Translations under genes and position numbers: made by a program | Source of the DNA: an uncultured Spirochaetaceae bacterium | GTDB taxonomy: Bacteria; Spirochaetota; Spirochaetia; Sphaerochaetales; Sphaerochaetaceae | Direction: 5' to 3' | Assembly: GCA_944389085.1 (NCBI GenBank) | Contig: CALXLB010000006.1 | Span: forward strand, 2,953-66,952 | Length of the DNA: 64,000 bases | In this document: positions 40,201 through 50,078 of the stretch, piece by piece | Numbering within the stretch: position 1 is the stretch's first letter | Layout: each line of letters opens with the position of its first letter | The notes under the pieces: generated by a model | What the model saw: the letters and a program-made list of their open reading frames with translations, nothing else | Told to the model about the DNA's origin: nothing | The model's database searches: none

Positions 40201-40424
40201 AAGCCCTTGTTGTGTTAGTTGCTTGGATTCATTTGTGATACCAATTGGTCTCTGTCTGTTTGCTGCAACGCGTTCTGGACAATAGTGGATCAGGACCTTT
40301 CTCACTCGTCTTTTTCAGATCCTCTCCGAGACTGGTTTTCAGCTTTTTTTCCAAGTACGGCTCTGGTGGGTGTGCGGAGAAATGTTACCTATTTCTGTAT
40401 CCAGCGGAAAAACTTTGCAGGGTT

Positions 40425-43337
40425 TTAGACCTTTATGACAGCTCTTCCGTCCAGGCCGCTGGCTTTGATTGTCAGTGGTTTTTCAGTCCTGATTGCAATG
40501 AAATGCTCTGTTTCTTTTACTATCGGAAGCTTTTGGATTTCCTCAAAACGGAAGAGGCCATCATTGTACATGGGATTTATCGTGAGATAGATACAGCCAA
40601 GTGATGTCATGTTCTGGAAGAAATGTGTGCCCTGGCTTGGTTCCACCTGCAGTTCCTTGAGTCCTGTTTCGACAATGACATGGGCTTTTGAGATCTGGGA
40701 CCAGGTACATGGGATGCCAAGCCATCTGTCAGATGAGCCTAAGCGGCCAGCTGCTATAAGCACATATGGCCCTTCTGCTTCTTTATTCAGCATCTCCAGT
40801 TCTCTCGCCATATCAACCATCCGGCTTCTGTCAAAAGCTTCTGGCTTGATTGTGATGATTTCCCTGACATCATCCACGATGCCATTTCCCATTACTTTCT
40901 CAGCATAGATGAGAGAGGAGTCTATATCACTTTGCGATATGGGAACGTCTGTGTATCCTGTTGTACCTGAAATCGGCCTTATCTGGAGAATGGAGAAATC
41001 AGGTCTGTTCTCATGCTCTGTATTGATCGCGAATTCAATCTCCACTGGTTCTGCCATACTGGCAGTGCCAAGCTTGAGCATCTCGTCGATGGCTTTTGCA
41101 AGTGGTATTGTCTCATATTTGAGCACACCGTTGAATGTAAGCATCTTGATGCCTTCTGCTCTGGTAGATTCTGAAAGAAGGCCTGTTGCTGGATCAAGTG
41201 TACTGGCGATACCCTTGAAAGCCGCCGGGAATTTTCTTGTTTCCTCATCGATTGGCAGCTGGATAAGGTTATCCGTATTCTTTTCTGGATCGAAATGTCC
41301 GGACAGGGATAGTGCATAGAAGCTGTCTTGTACCGATGATTCGCCGGAGAGGGAGTCAGATGGCATTCTGGGTTTTGCGGGACAGAAGCGCAGAGCGGTT
41401 CCTTCATCCACGATAGTCTTTCCCAGTCCGAAAGAGAGCATGCCGACTCCATCTTCTGATTTCTGGCCAGGAACGGGGTAGTAGTTCAGCGATCTGGCGA
41501 CTCCTGCAATGTTCGGATACCAGTAATCTCCATGTCTTGAACCTGTGACCTGCTGGATTATCACAGCCATCTTCTCTTCTTCAGGAGAGTGTAACGTGCT
41601 TTTGAGATATTCCCTTGCTGTACTGAAGTAAGTGGATGCCCAGACTGTCTTCACGGAACGTATCAGATCATCCAGCCTCTCATCATCACTGCCGCAGTTG
41701 GAGATCATTGATGTCTGATAAACTCCGGCAAACGGCTGGAAGTGCGAATCCTCAAGAAGGGAAGATGAACGGATGGATAGTGGCTTCTTGATGATTTTCA
41801 GTATGGTTTTCATGTCTGCAATAAGGCTTTCAGGCATTCTTCCGGAGAGGAATATGCGAAGAATTGCATTGTCATCCATATCCTGAAAATCCTGACAGGA
41901 GAAGCCATTTTCTTCCATGAAAGCATCGAAGAGCTCTGTCGTGATGACTATAGTCCGTGGTATGGAGAGGTAAATCGATGGATACTTTGCCATTATCTTG
42001 TTTGCCTTCATCTCCATTGCGATGAATGCAAGGCCTCTGCCTTTTCCTCCCAGTGATCCTTTTCCGATTCTGGCGAAGAAAACTGTCTCATCATATGAAG
42101 ATGGGGAAAACTCTGCGATGACTCCACGTGTACGTTCGCTTCTGTACTCCTTGATTGTCGTATATAGAATATCCCTTACTTCTCTGTCACTCATTCCTGT
42201 GTCCAGATTGATGTTCTTGATGCGTTTTGCGAGCATGTACAGAGACTGGGCTCTCAGCCAGCGTGAGAAATCATTCCGTTTTGAATGATACCGGAAGGAG
42301 TCTAGAGGAAGATCCCTGAGAGCTTCCTGCACTTCTTTCATGGTATTGGCTCTTGTTATTTCCTTGCCTGTAGCGGGGTCGATGAAGATGAACGGGCCGA
42401 AATTATAGTATTTGAGAAAGTATTTTCCTAAATCATCGAGAAGTGTAGGAGAAAGCTTCCATAGAAAAGCCGCTCCCAGCTGCAAGGCATCGGCTTTGTT
42501 CTTCATCTCTGTGCTCTGGATCAGTACAGGAACTTCCGGATTGTCTTCCATGACAGCTTTTGCAAGCCGTAATCCGGAACCTTCGTTGCCATCATCAGAA
42601 GGGAAATTGATGTCTGTAATGACACCTAGGATATTTGATCTGTACTCAGTGTATAATTCCCACGCTTCATTGTAATCTGTGGCAAGAAGGATTTTGGGTC
42701 TTCCTCTCATCCTCAGTGTTTTTCCCCATTCATTGAGGGCTTCAAGGATTGAGAGCCTGTTCTGTCTTATGAGGCACATGTACATCTCAGGAAGGTACTG
42801 GGAAATGAAGCGGACAGAATCCTCGACAAGGATTATTACCTGGACATCAGCCTCGTCAGTGTCGTGCTTTACGTTCATCCTGTCTTCGATGAGCTTGACC
42901 ATGGCAAGAAATAGCGACGTGTTGCCTTGCCAATAGAAGAGATAATCGATGTAAGGACAGTTTTCACCTCTCAGTTCTCTGGCTTTCCTGTGGTCGGGTG
43001 AAGGGGATAGTGCGATGACAGGCATGTAAGGCTTCCTGATTTTTATTGCCTTGGCCAGTCCTTCGACTCTGTCGCTTCCGAGATCGAGCATGGATATGAC
43101 TAAATCGAAAGGCTGGGAGTCTATCATTCTCAGAGCGCTTTCCTCACTTGAAGCATGGGAGATCTTCGGTGGACTGGAAAGTCCGAGCTGGGTGTATTCT
43201 TTGTAGAGTTCTTCTTCTACACGTCCATCCTCTTCAATCATGAATCTGTCGTAATCAGAGCAGATAAGGAGGACAGAATAGACATGACGGAGCATCAGGT
43301 TTGCAAATGGAAGCCATGTCTGGTCGAGAAGATACAT
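40425..43337 (-). CDS. Receiver-receiver-PPDK_N (ATP-grasp, PEP/pyruvate-binding type) protein
   Basis: 970 aa. The first receiver-like domain is degenerate (LLICSDYD, DLVISMLDLG, no KP). The second is canonical (IILVEDS, GVITDINFP, VLIQST, FLWK). PPDK_N motifs: GGKGRGLAF, IRSSSLLEDSHFQPFAGVYQT, MAVIIQQ. Confidence 0.8.
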   Translation of the reverse strand: MYLLDQTWLPFANLMLRHVYSVLLICSDYDRFMIEEDGRVEEELYKEYTQLGLSSPPKISHASSEESALRMIDSQPFDLVISMLDLGSDRVEGLAKAIKIRKPYMPVIALSPSPDHRKARELRGENCPYIDYLFYWQGNTSLFLAMVKLIEDRMNVKHDTDEADVQVIILVEDSVRFISQYLPEMYMCLIRQNRLSILEALNEWGKTLRMRGRPKILLATDYNEAWELYTEYRSNILGVITDINFPSDDGNEGSGLRLAKAVMEDNPEVPVLIQSTEMKNKADALQLGAAFLWKLSPTLLDDLGKYFLKYYNFGPFIFIDPATGKEITRANTMKEVQEALRDLPLDSFRYHSKRNDFSRWLRAQSLYMLAKRIKNINLDTGMSDREVRDILYTTIKEYRSERTRGVIAEFSPSSYDETVFFARIGKGSLGGKGRGLAFIAMEMKANKIMAKYPSIYLSIPRTIVITTELFDAFMEENGFSCQDFQDMDDNAILRIFLSGRMPESLIADMKTILKIIKKPLSIRSSSLLEDSHFQPFAGVYQTSMISNCGSDDERLDDLIRSVKTVWASTYFSTAREYLKSTLHSPEEEKMAVIIQQVTGSRHGDYWYPNIAGVARSLNYYPVPGQKSEDGVGMLSFGLGKTIVDEGTALRFCPAKPRMPSDSLSGESSVQDSFYALSLSGHFDPEKNTDNLIQLPIDEETRKFPAAFKGIASTLDPATGLLSESTRAEGIKMLTFNGVLKYETIPLAKAIDEMLKLGTASMAEPVEIEFAINTEHENRPDFSILQIRPISGTTGYTDVPISQSDIDSSLIYAEKVMGNGIVDDVREIITIKPEAFDRSRMVDMARELEMLNKEAEGPYVLIAAGRLGSSDRWLGIPCTWSQISKAHVIVETGLKELQVEPSQGTHFFQNMTSLGCIYLTINPMYNDGLFRFEEIQKLPIVKETEHFIAIRTEKPLTIKASGLDGRAVIKV

Positions 43338-43555
43338 CAGTTTTTCTTCCTTCTATCCTGCAGAAGGCGGAATGTGCCATACAGTGTTGGAATAAGGGCA
43401 ATAATAGCTGCAATCCCCCATCCTCTCAGGTAGCCGTCAGAAAAAGGCTTTGCAAGTATTGAGACGATAAGAACTATTAAACAAAGGGCGAGAATCAGCA
43501 GAGAAGCCCTGAATATTATTTTATCAGCAGTGGTCATATTGCGAGTATAACACAA
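43337..43555 (-). CDS. Small 2-TM membrane protein, translationally coupled to the downstream gene
   Basis: 72 aa (or 66 aa from Met7). Its TGA shares one base with the ATG of the 970-aa gene (TGATG). Confidence 0.5.
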   Translation of the reverse strand: MCYTRNMTTADKIIFRASLLILALCLIVLIVSILAKPFSDGYLRGWGIAAIIALIPTLYGTFRLLQDRRKKN

Positions 43556-43725
43556 AGAAGCTTATAGTGTTTATTGTACAATATTCAAAAAATTGCAAAA
43601 AATACGTATATTCATACATTTTATTATTCACTAAGAGGCTTGATGCATGTATTATCTACCCAACAAAGGGTTGTTTATCAGCCGCATCACGCTAATGGAT
43701 AAGAAATTATCCAAGGGAGGGGAAG

Positions 43726-44898
43726 ATGAAGAAAGGATTTTTGGTATTCCTTGTGGCTCTCATGTCCAGCTTTATGCTCTTTGCTGGTGGAGCTGGAGAA
43801 GAAGACTCGACAGTCGTTAAGATTGGAGTTTTCGAACCTGCATCTGGCGATAACGGAGCTGGTGGAAAGCAGGAAACGCTTGGTATCCAGTATGCAAATT
43901 ACCTTACACCGACAGTTACAATCGGAGATACAGAATACACAGTAGAGCTTGTCATGGCTGATAACGAAAGCTCCAATGACAGAGCTGCTACCGCGGCTGC
44001 AACGCTTGTCAATGCAGATTGTTCTGTTGTCCTTGGTTCTTATGGTTCCGGTGTCTCGATTGCAGGCAGTGATACATTCCGCATCGCGGGTGTTCCTGCT
44101 ATCGGTATTACTTGTACAAACCCTCAGGTTACGGAAGGCAATACTCATTATTTCCGCATCTGCTATCTCGATCCATTCCAGGGTACTGTTCTGGCAAATT
44201 ACGCTTATGACACTCTCGGAGCAAGAAAGGTATACTGCCTTGCAAAGCTTGGCGATGATTACTCAGGCGGACTTGTGAATTACTTCATCGAACGCTTTAA
44301 GTCACTTGGCGGAGAAGTTGTTTCAGAGACATTCCCTGAGGGAAACAGCGATTTCACTTCCTATATTGCCAATGCTAAGAACAGCGGCTGTGAAGTATTC
44401 TTCTCTCCTGTTTCCACAGAGGCTGCCCAGCTTATCATCAACCAGGCAGACAGCCAGGGACTTGGTATGCCTATACTTGCAGGCGATACATGGGATTCCA
44501 ACGTTATTCTTCAGGCTGCTAAGGGCAAGAATGTTGATATCACAGTGACGACTTTCTATCCAGAGGGAGCTGATCCTGAGTTCGATGCCGCATTCAAGGA
44601 ATGGGTCAATGCTGATTCCACACGTCTTGCCAACAATGGTGGTGATGATACGATCAGTGCTGTTACAGCCATGGGCTATGACGCATATTACTTTGCTCTT
44701 CAGGCTCTGCAGAATGCCGGCAGCAAGGATCCGGCTGATGTCATGGAAGCACTCTGGACAACTGAAATCGATGGAGTGACAGGCCATATCGCTCTTGATG
44801 ATGTCAATGGCGATGCTATCCGCAATACAGTTTACGTAAAGCATGCCAACACAGAGACAGGAGGATGGGACGCACTTCCTGCCGTAGTCGTAGACTGA
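43726..44898 (+). CDS. Branched-chain amino-acid ABC transporter substrate-binding protein
   Basis: LivJ/K-like (type I PBP) with a signal peptide. First gene of a liv-type operon. Confidence 0.85.
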   Translation: MKKGFLVFLVALMSSFMLFAGGAGEEDSTVVKIGVFEPASGDNGAGGKQETLGIQYANYLTPTVTIGDTEYTVELVMADNESSNDRAATAAATLVNADCSVVLGSYGSGVSIAGSDTFRIAGVPAIGITCTNPQVTEGNTHYFRICYLDPFQGTVLANYAYDTLGARKVYCLAKLGDDYSGGLVNYFIERFKSLGGEVVSETFPEGNSDFTSYIANAKNSGCEVFFSPVSTEAAQLIINQADSQGLGMPILAGDTWDSNVILQAAKGKNVDITVTTFYPEGADPEFDAAFKEWVNADSTRLANNGGDDTISAVTAMGYDAYYFALQALQNAGSKDPADVMEALWTTEIDGVTGHIALDDVNGDAIRNTVYVKHANTETGGWDALPAVVVD

Positions 44899-44958
44899 TC
44901 TATTCTTGTTTTTCACGCGGCAGGGAAACTTGCCGCAATCTTCTTTTCAGGAGGAGCT

Positions 44959-45873
44959 ATGGTTGAATTCTTTCACCATAATCTGTCTTATTTCCTTTCA
45001 GGCATATCAGTAGGGGGCCAGTATGCTCTGATAGCCATCGGTTATACGATGGTCTATGGTATATTGAGACTGATAAACTTCGCACATGGGGATGTATTCA
45101 TGTGTGCAGGCCTTATGATGGTCTATCTTTCCGCCTCCCTTCCGTTTGTGATTTCAGTACCGCTTGTACTTGTTCTTACAGTAGTACTTGGTTTTATCAT
45201 AGAGAGAGTAGCTTACAGACCTCTGAGGAGTGCACCGAGAATGTCTGTAATGATAAGTGCCATCGGTGTCTCCTATCTTCTGCAGAATGCAGCTCTGTAT
45301 TTTACAGGCGGACTGGCTAAAGTTTATCCGGAGATTCCATTTCTCTCTTCTTCTGTCACTATCTGGGGGGCAACTACTAGAGTCGTAACGATTGTCACTC
45401 CGTTCCTGACGGTGATTCTTGTTGTTCTTCTTTCTCTTCTGATCAAGCACACGAAGATAGGGATGGCAATGAGGGCAGTCTCCAGAGACTTCGAGACCAG
45501 CCAGCTGATGGGAATTAAAATCAACAGGGTCATCTCGATAACATTCATGATCGGTTCCCTTCTTGCAGCTGTTGCTTCCTTCCTTTATTTTACGAATTAT
45601 GCTTCCGTAACACCTTCCAGCGGTGCTATGCCAGGTCTTAAAGCGTTCGTCGCTGCTGTTTTCGGAGGTATCGGTTCAATACCGGGAGCAGTCATCGGAG
45701 CATTCATTATCGGTATCTGTGAGAACATCATCAAAGGTGGAGCTTCTATTTTCGGTATCCCCGGTTCTGGCTGGACAACATTCTCGGATGCCTTCACCTT
45801 TGCATTCCTGATAGTCGTTCTTGTCGTCAAGCCAACAGGGCTTTTCGGTGAGAAATCGGTAGACAAAGTCTGA
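44959..45873 (+). CDS. livH: Branched-chain amino-acid ABC permease
   Basis: LivH-like N-terminus (GGQYALIAIGYTMVYGILRLINFAHGD). Confidence 0.9.
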   Translation: MVEFFHHNLSYFLSGISVGGQYALIAIGYTMVYGILRLINFAHGDVFMCAGLMMVYLSASLPFVISVPLVLVLTVVLGFIIERVAYRPLRSAPRMSVMISAIGVSYLLQNAALYFTGGLAKVYPEIPFLSSSVTIWGATTRVVTIVTPFLTVILVVLLSLLIKHTKIGMAMRAVSRDFETSQLMGIKINRVISITFMIGSLLAAVASFLYFTNYASVTPSSGAMPGLKAFVAAVFGGIGSIPGAVIGAFIIGICENIIKGGASIFGIPGSGWTTFSDAFTFAFLIVVLVVKPTGLFGEKSVDKV

Positions 45874-45882
45874 GGAGGAAGC

Positions 45883-47001
45883 ATGAACAGAGAAAAAAGA
45901 AACCATCTGATAAGACTTTTCGTCGCTATTGCGGCTGTCTATCTTGCTGTGATCATCCTGGAGATGACGCTCCGTCCGACGAGTATTCTCTTTACAGTCC
46001 TGAGAAAAGGTGCCATCTATTCGCTGGTAGCTGTCTCTATGAACCTGCTTAATGGCTTTACTGGCTTGTTCTCACTGGGGCAGGCGGGATTCATGCTGCT
46101 TGGTGCATATACATATGCCATATTTACAATTCCTGCTGATGTGAAAGCCTCGGACAGAGTCTATCGTTACTACGACTGTATTATCGGGTTTGATACGGGA
46201 GCTCTTGCAGGTCTGATTGCAGCAGGTCTTGTCGCTGCGCTCTTTGCCTTCCTCATCGGTCTTCCTGTCCTGAGGCTGAAATCTGATTATCTGGCAATTG
46301 CGACACTGGGATTTGCGGAGATTATAAGGGCAATCTTCCAGTGGGATGTTCTTGGTCCTGTCACAAATGGTGCAAACCTGCTTCGTGAATACAAGGATCT
46401 TTCAAGGATTACACTGCCCTTTACCGATATTCCGTTCCCGCCGACGCTTTTCGTATTCATCGTTGCAGGTATTTCAATCCTTCTGATAGTCCTTCTGATC
46501 AACTCTTCTTATGGAAGAGCTTTCAAAGCTATCAGGGATGATGAGACTGCAGCGGAAGCTATGGGCATAAATCTCTTCAGACATAAGGAACTTGCATTTG
46601 TCATATCTTCATTCTTCGCAGGCGTGTCAGGTGCTTTGCTGGCAGCTTTCCAGTATACGGTTCAGGCACAGCAGTTCGAATCAATGATGACTTACGAGAT
46701 TCTTCTCATTGTCGTAATCGGCGGTATTGGTTCAATCTCCGGCTCATGTATAGCTTCGTTTCTGTATATTGCGCTTTCAGAGTGGTGGCTCCGCGGCCTT
46801 GATATGGGAAAGTTCCTTGGAATCGCTGCCCCGGATCTCTTCCGCTCAGGTTTCAGAAAGCTTGTCTTTTCTGTAATCATCATGATTATCGTTCTCTTCT
46901 TCTCGAGAGGAATCATGGGTGATAAAGAGCTTTCATATGCAAGATTCATCAGCTGGATAAAAGGCTTCGGAAAGAAGAAAAAGAAGGGGGCGGCGGCATG
47001 A
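45883..47001 (+). CDS. livM: Branched-chain amino-acid ABC permease
   Basis: LivM-like (GFTGLFSLGQAGFMLLGAY). Confidence 0.9.
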   Translation: MNREKRNHLIRLFVAIAAVYLAVIILEMTLRPTSILFTVLRKGAIYSLVAVSMNLLNGFTGLFSLGQAGFMLLGAYTYAIFTIPADVKASDRVYRYYDCIIGFDTGALAGLIAAGLVAALFAFLIGLPVLRLKSDYLAIATLGFAEIIRAIFQWDVLGPVTNGANLLREYKDLSRITLPFTDIPFPPTLFVFIVAGISILLIVLLINSSYGRAFKAIRDDETAAEAMGINLFRHKELAFVISSFFAGVSGALLAAFQYTVQAQQFESMMTYEILLIVVIGGIGSISGSCIASFLYIALSEWWLRGLDMGKFLGIAAPDLFRSGFRKLVFSVIIMIIVLFFSRGIMGDKELSYARFISWIKGFGKKKKKGAAA

Positions 47002-47843
47002 ACGATATACTGCAGCTTGAGAATGTGACGATGCAGTTCGGTGGTGTTGTCGCTGTCAATAATCTTTCCATGCATGTGGGGGAAGGGGAGATAGTGGCAC
47101 TTATCGGTCCTAATGGCGCTGGTAAGACAACTGCCTTCAATTGTATAACCGGTGTCTATGAACCGACAAATGGCAGGATCCTTTATAAAGGCAAGCCTGT
47201 TATTGTGAATCATCCATCAGGCAAGATGAAGCGTAACTATGCCGGGCTCTGTGCCAATGATTATGCAGAGGAGCGCGTTCTCAGTCCGACTCCTGATGAG
47301 ATTACGAAGATGGGTATTGCCAGAACATTCCAGAATATCAGGCTGTTCAAGAGCATGACAGTGTTCGAGAATGTCCTGACTGCTATGCATGTCCGTGCAA
47401 AGGCCAACGTCTTCTCCTCTGTCTTCCGATTGAGCTGGAAGGAAGAGAGAAAGATGGCGGAAGATACAGAAAAGCTGTTAGCGGAACAAGGGCTTCTTGC
47501 GCATCGTGATGACAGAGCAACAAGCCTTCCGTATGGCTTGCAGCGAAGACTGGAGATTGCAAGAGCATTGGCAACACGGCCATCGCTGCTTCTTCTTGAT
47601 GAACCTGCTGCAGGTATGAATCCTCAGGAGACACAGGAACTGGCACAGTTCATCAGAGAAATCAAGGAGAAGTATAAGCTGACTGTATTGATGATTGAGC
47701 ATCATATGGATCTTGTCATGAGGATTTCTGACAGAATCTATGTTCTGGATTTCGGTTCTCTCATTGCAGAGGGAACACCTGAGGAAATCCAGAATGATCA
47801 GCGGGTAATAGACGCTTATCTGGGAGTGGCTGAGGATGTTTGA
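46998..47843 (+). CDS. livG: Branched-chain amino-acid ABC ATP-binding protein
   Basis: FGG..AVNN, Walker A GPNGAGKTT, LLLLDEPAAGMNP. Confidence 0.9.
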   Translation: MNDILQLENVTMQFGGVVAVNNLSMHVGEGEIVALIGPNGAGKTTAFNCITGVYEPTNGRILYKGKPVIVNHPSGKMKRNYAGLCANDYAEERVLSPTPDEITKMGIARTFQNIRLFKSMTVFENVLTAMHVRAKANVFSSVFRLSWKEERKMAEDTEKLLAEQGLLAHRDDRATSLPYGLQRRLEIARALATRPSLLLLDEPAAGMNPQETQELAQFIREIKEKYKLTVLMIEHHMDLVMRISDRIYVLDFGSLIAEGTPEEIQNDQRVIDAYLGVAEDV

Positions 47844-48534
47844 GATTAAAGGACTTTCAGTGAATTATGGCGGCATTGAGGCTGTCAGAGATATCTCTTT
47901 TACAGTAGAAGAGGGGACTATTGTCACTCTCATCGGCGCAAATGGGGCTGGAAAATCAACAACGCTGAGAACGATTGCAGGGCTTGTGAAACCGCGTACC
48001 GGCTCAATCAGCTTCATGGGGGAGAATATTACCGGAAAGGATCCCTCGTATATTGTCGGAAAAGGAATAACGCTCGTTCCTGAAGGAAGGAAGATCTTCC
48101 CGGACCTGACTGTCATGGAGAACCTGAGAATCGGTGCATATCTCCGTTCAGACAGTATTGAGGATGATCTGGAGATGGTCTTTTCGCTTTTTCCGAGACT
48201 GAGGGAAAGAAGCTGGCAGTATGGCGGAACCCTTTCAGGAGGTGAACAGCAGATGCTTGCAGTCGGCCGAGCCCTGATGTCGAGGCCAAAGCTTATGATG
48301 ATGGATGAACCTTCCCTTGGTCTTGCACCTCTTATTGTTCGTGATATCTTCTCAATCATCCGCCGCATCAAGGAAGAGGGAGTTACGATCCTTCTGGTAG
48401 AACAGAACGCGAATATGGCTCTTCAGGTCGCAGATATGGCTTATGTCATGGAGACAGGAAGAATAACGCTTTCCGGTCCTGGCAACGAGCTTATCAAGGA
48501 TGAAGCTGTAAAGAAAGCGTATCTGGGTAAGTGA
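47836..48534 (+). CDS. livF: Branched-chain amino-acid ABC ATP-binding protein
   Basis: YGGIEAV, GANGAGKST, LSGGEQQMLA, MMMDEPSLGLAP. Confidence 0.9.
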   Translation: MFEIKGLSVNYGGIEAVRDISFTVEEGTIVTLIGANGAGKSTTLRTIAGLVKPRTGSISFMGENITGKDPSYIVGKGITLVPEGRKIFPDLTVMENLRIGAYLRSDSIEDDLEMVFSLFPRLRERSWQYGGTLSGGEQQMLAVGRALMSRPKLMMMDEPSLGLAPLIVRDIFSIIRRIKEEGVTILLVEQNANMALQVADMAYVMETGRITLSGPGNELIKDEAVKKAYLGK

Positions 48535-48567
48535 GCAGATATTCATATTATTAAAATTAAATTTATG

Positions 48568-48610
48568 GATACATCAGAAAATGAGCAAAATTCTGATGTA
48601 TCTTTCTGTT
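48568..48610 (+). terminator. Rho-independent terminator of the liv operon
   Basis: Perfect 12-bp stem GATACATCAGAA / TTCTGATGTATC (48568-48579 / 48591-48602) followed by TTTCTGTT. Confidence 0.75.
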
Positions 48611-48653
48611 GACGGATAACGTGCTCGGATTTAATCTGAAATCGGAGGCAAAG

Positions 48654-49991
48654 GTGTACAGGCTAGATGATTTCATGAGTGGCATCGAACAGAGAAACCC
48701 GGACCAGCCGGAGTTCATACAGGCTGTGCGCGAAGTCACAGAGTCCGTCATTGATGTAGTCAATGAAAATCCAAGGTACATTCAGAACAGGATTCTTGAA
48801 CGTATTACTGAACCAGACAGGGTTATCTCATTCAAAGTTGAATGGGAGGATGATGATGGGAACATAAGGGTTAACAGAGGATACCGTGTGCAGTTCAATA
48901 ATGCCCTTGGTCCTTATAAGGGAGGATTGCGGTTCCATTCTTCTGTCACAGAAGGCACGATGAAATTCCTTGCTTTCGAGCAGACTTTCAAAAATGCTTT
49001 GACGACTCTTCCTATGGGCGGTGGCAAAGGTGGTTCTGATTTCTCGCCCAAAGGCAAATCAGATGCGGAAATCCTCAGATTCTGCCGTTCATTCATGACA
49101 GAACTTTATAAATACATAGGCCCGGATACAGATGTTCCCGCTGGCGATATTGGTGTCGGAGGAAGGGAAATCGGTTATCTCTATGGCCAATATAAGAGAA
49201 TAAAGACAGAGAATACCGGTGTCCTTACTGGAAAAGGTTTTGGCTGGGGTGGTTCAAGAGTCCGTCCTGAAGCCACTGGTTATGGCACGATGTATTTTGC
49301 AGAGAACATGCTTCATGAACACGGAGAAGAGATGAAGGGCAAGCGTGTAGCTGTCTCCGGTTTTGGCAATGTGGCATGGGGAGCTGTTGTCAAGGCGACT
49401 CAGCTGGGTGCAAAGGTTGTAACAATCTCTGGACCTGATGGATATATCTATGATGAAGAGGGAATAAGCACTCCTGAGAAATGGGCCTGCATGCTTCAGC
49501 TCAGGGCGAGCAACAATGATGTCGTCAAGCCTTATGCAAGCCGTTTCAAAGCTGAATTTGTTCCAGGGAAGAAGCCTTGGGAAGTCCCTGTGGATCTGGC
49601 ATTCCCCTGTGCAATCCAGAATGAACTGAATGCATCTGATGCAACTGCTCTGATTGCTAATGGTGTGAAATATGTCATTGAGACATCCAATATGGGATGT
49701 ACTGCCGAGGCAATCGATCTCTTCAGGAAGAACCGCATTCTATTCGCTCCTGGCAAAGCTGCCAATGCTGGCGGTGTTGCGGTATCAGGTCTTGAAATGA
49801 GCCAGAATGCCATGCATTATTTCTGGCCAGCAGAAGAAGTTGATGAGAAGCTGAAGAGTATCATGGCCTCTATTCATACAGAGTGCGTGAAGCATGGAAA
49901 AGAATCGGATGGCTTTGTCGATTATGTCAAAGGTGCCAATATTGCAGGATTCACGAAAGTCGCTGATGCGATGTGTGATCAGGGCTTCTGA
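48654..49991 (+). CDS. gdhA: NADP-specific glutamate dehydrogenase
   Basis: Near-collinear with E. coli GdhA (KGGLRFH, LPMGGGKGGSDF, VPAGDIGVGGREIG). GTG at 48654 lies 5 nt after GGAGG. The track start at 48609 is a TTG. Confidence 0.93.
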   Translation: MYRLDDFMSGIEQRNPDQPEFIQAVREVTESVIDVVNENPRYIQNRILERITEPDRVISFKVEWEDDDGNIRVNRGYRVQFNNALGPYKGGLRFHSSVTEGTMKFLAFEQTFKNALTTLPMGGGKGGSDFSPKGKSDAEILRFCRSFMTELYKYIGPDTDVPAGDIGVGGREIGYLYGQYKRIKTENTGVLTGKGFGWGGSRVRPEATGYGTMYFAENMLHEHGEEMKGKRVAVSGFGNVAWGAVVKATQLGAKVVTISGPDGYIYDEEGISTPEKWACMLQLRASNNDVVKPYASRFKAEFVPGKKPWEVPVDLAFPCAIQNELNASDATALIANGVKYVIETSNMGCTAEAIDLFRKNRILFAPGKAANAGGVAVSGLEMSQNAMHYFWPAEEVDEKLKSIMASIHTECVKHGKESDGFVDYVKGANIAGFTKVADAMCDQGF

Positions 49992-50015
49992 TGTTTCTTC
50001 ATTCCTCCTTGGTTT

Positions 50016-50048
50016 GGCGGGCAGTTTCATGGCTGTCCGCTTTCTTTC
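50016..50048 (+). terminator. Rho-independent terminator after gdhA
   Basis: Stem GGCGGGCAG / CTGTCCGC (one G-U pair) followed by TTTCTTTC. Confidence 0.6.
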
Positions 50049-50078
50049 AGATGTGTTAGGATTGAGAGAGGGGCTCCT

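Noticed and set aside
40288-40307. GAGAAAGGUCCUGAUCC on the reverse strand resembles the RNase P RNA GAGGAAAGUCCGGGCUCC box.
   Set aside because: No other RNase P conserved regions (GGUGAAAGGGUGCGGUAAGAGCGCACC, ACAGAACCCGGCUUA) are visible in the 419-nt gap.
40219-40604. + strand ORFs of 69 and 119 aa in and around the non-coding gap.
   Set aside because: The second runs antisense into the 970-aa gene. Both start at TTG without an RBS and have implausible composition.
48609-48637. TTGACG-N17-TAATCT as the gdhA promoter.
   Set aside because: It would place the transcription start on top of the RBS. It is possible but unconvincing, and it overlaps the terminator tail.
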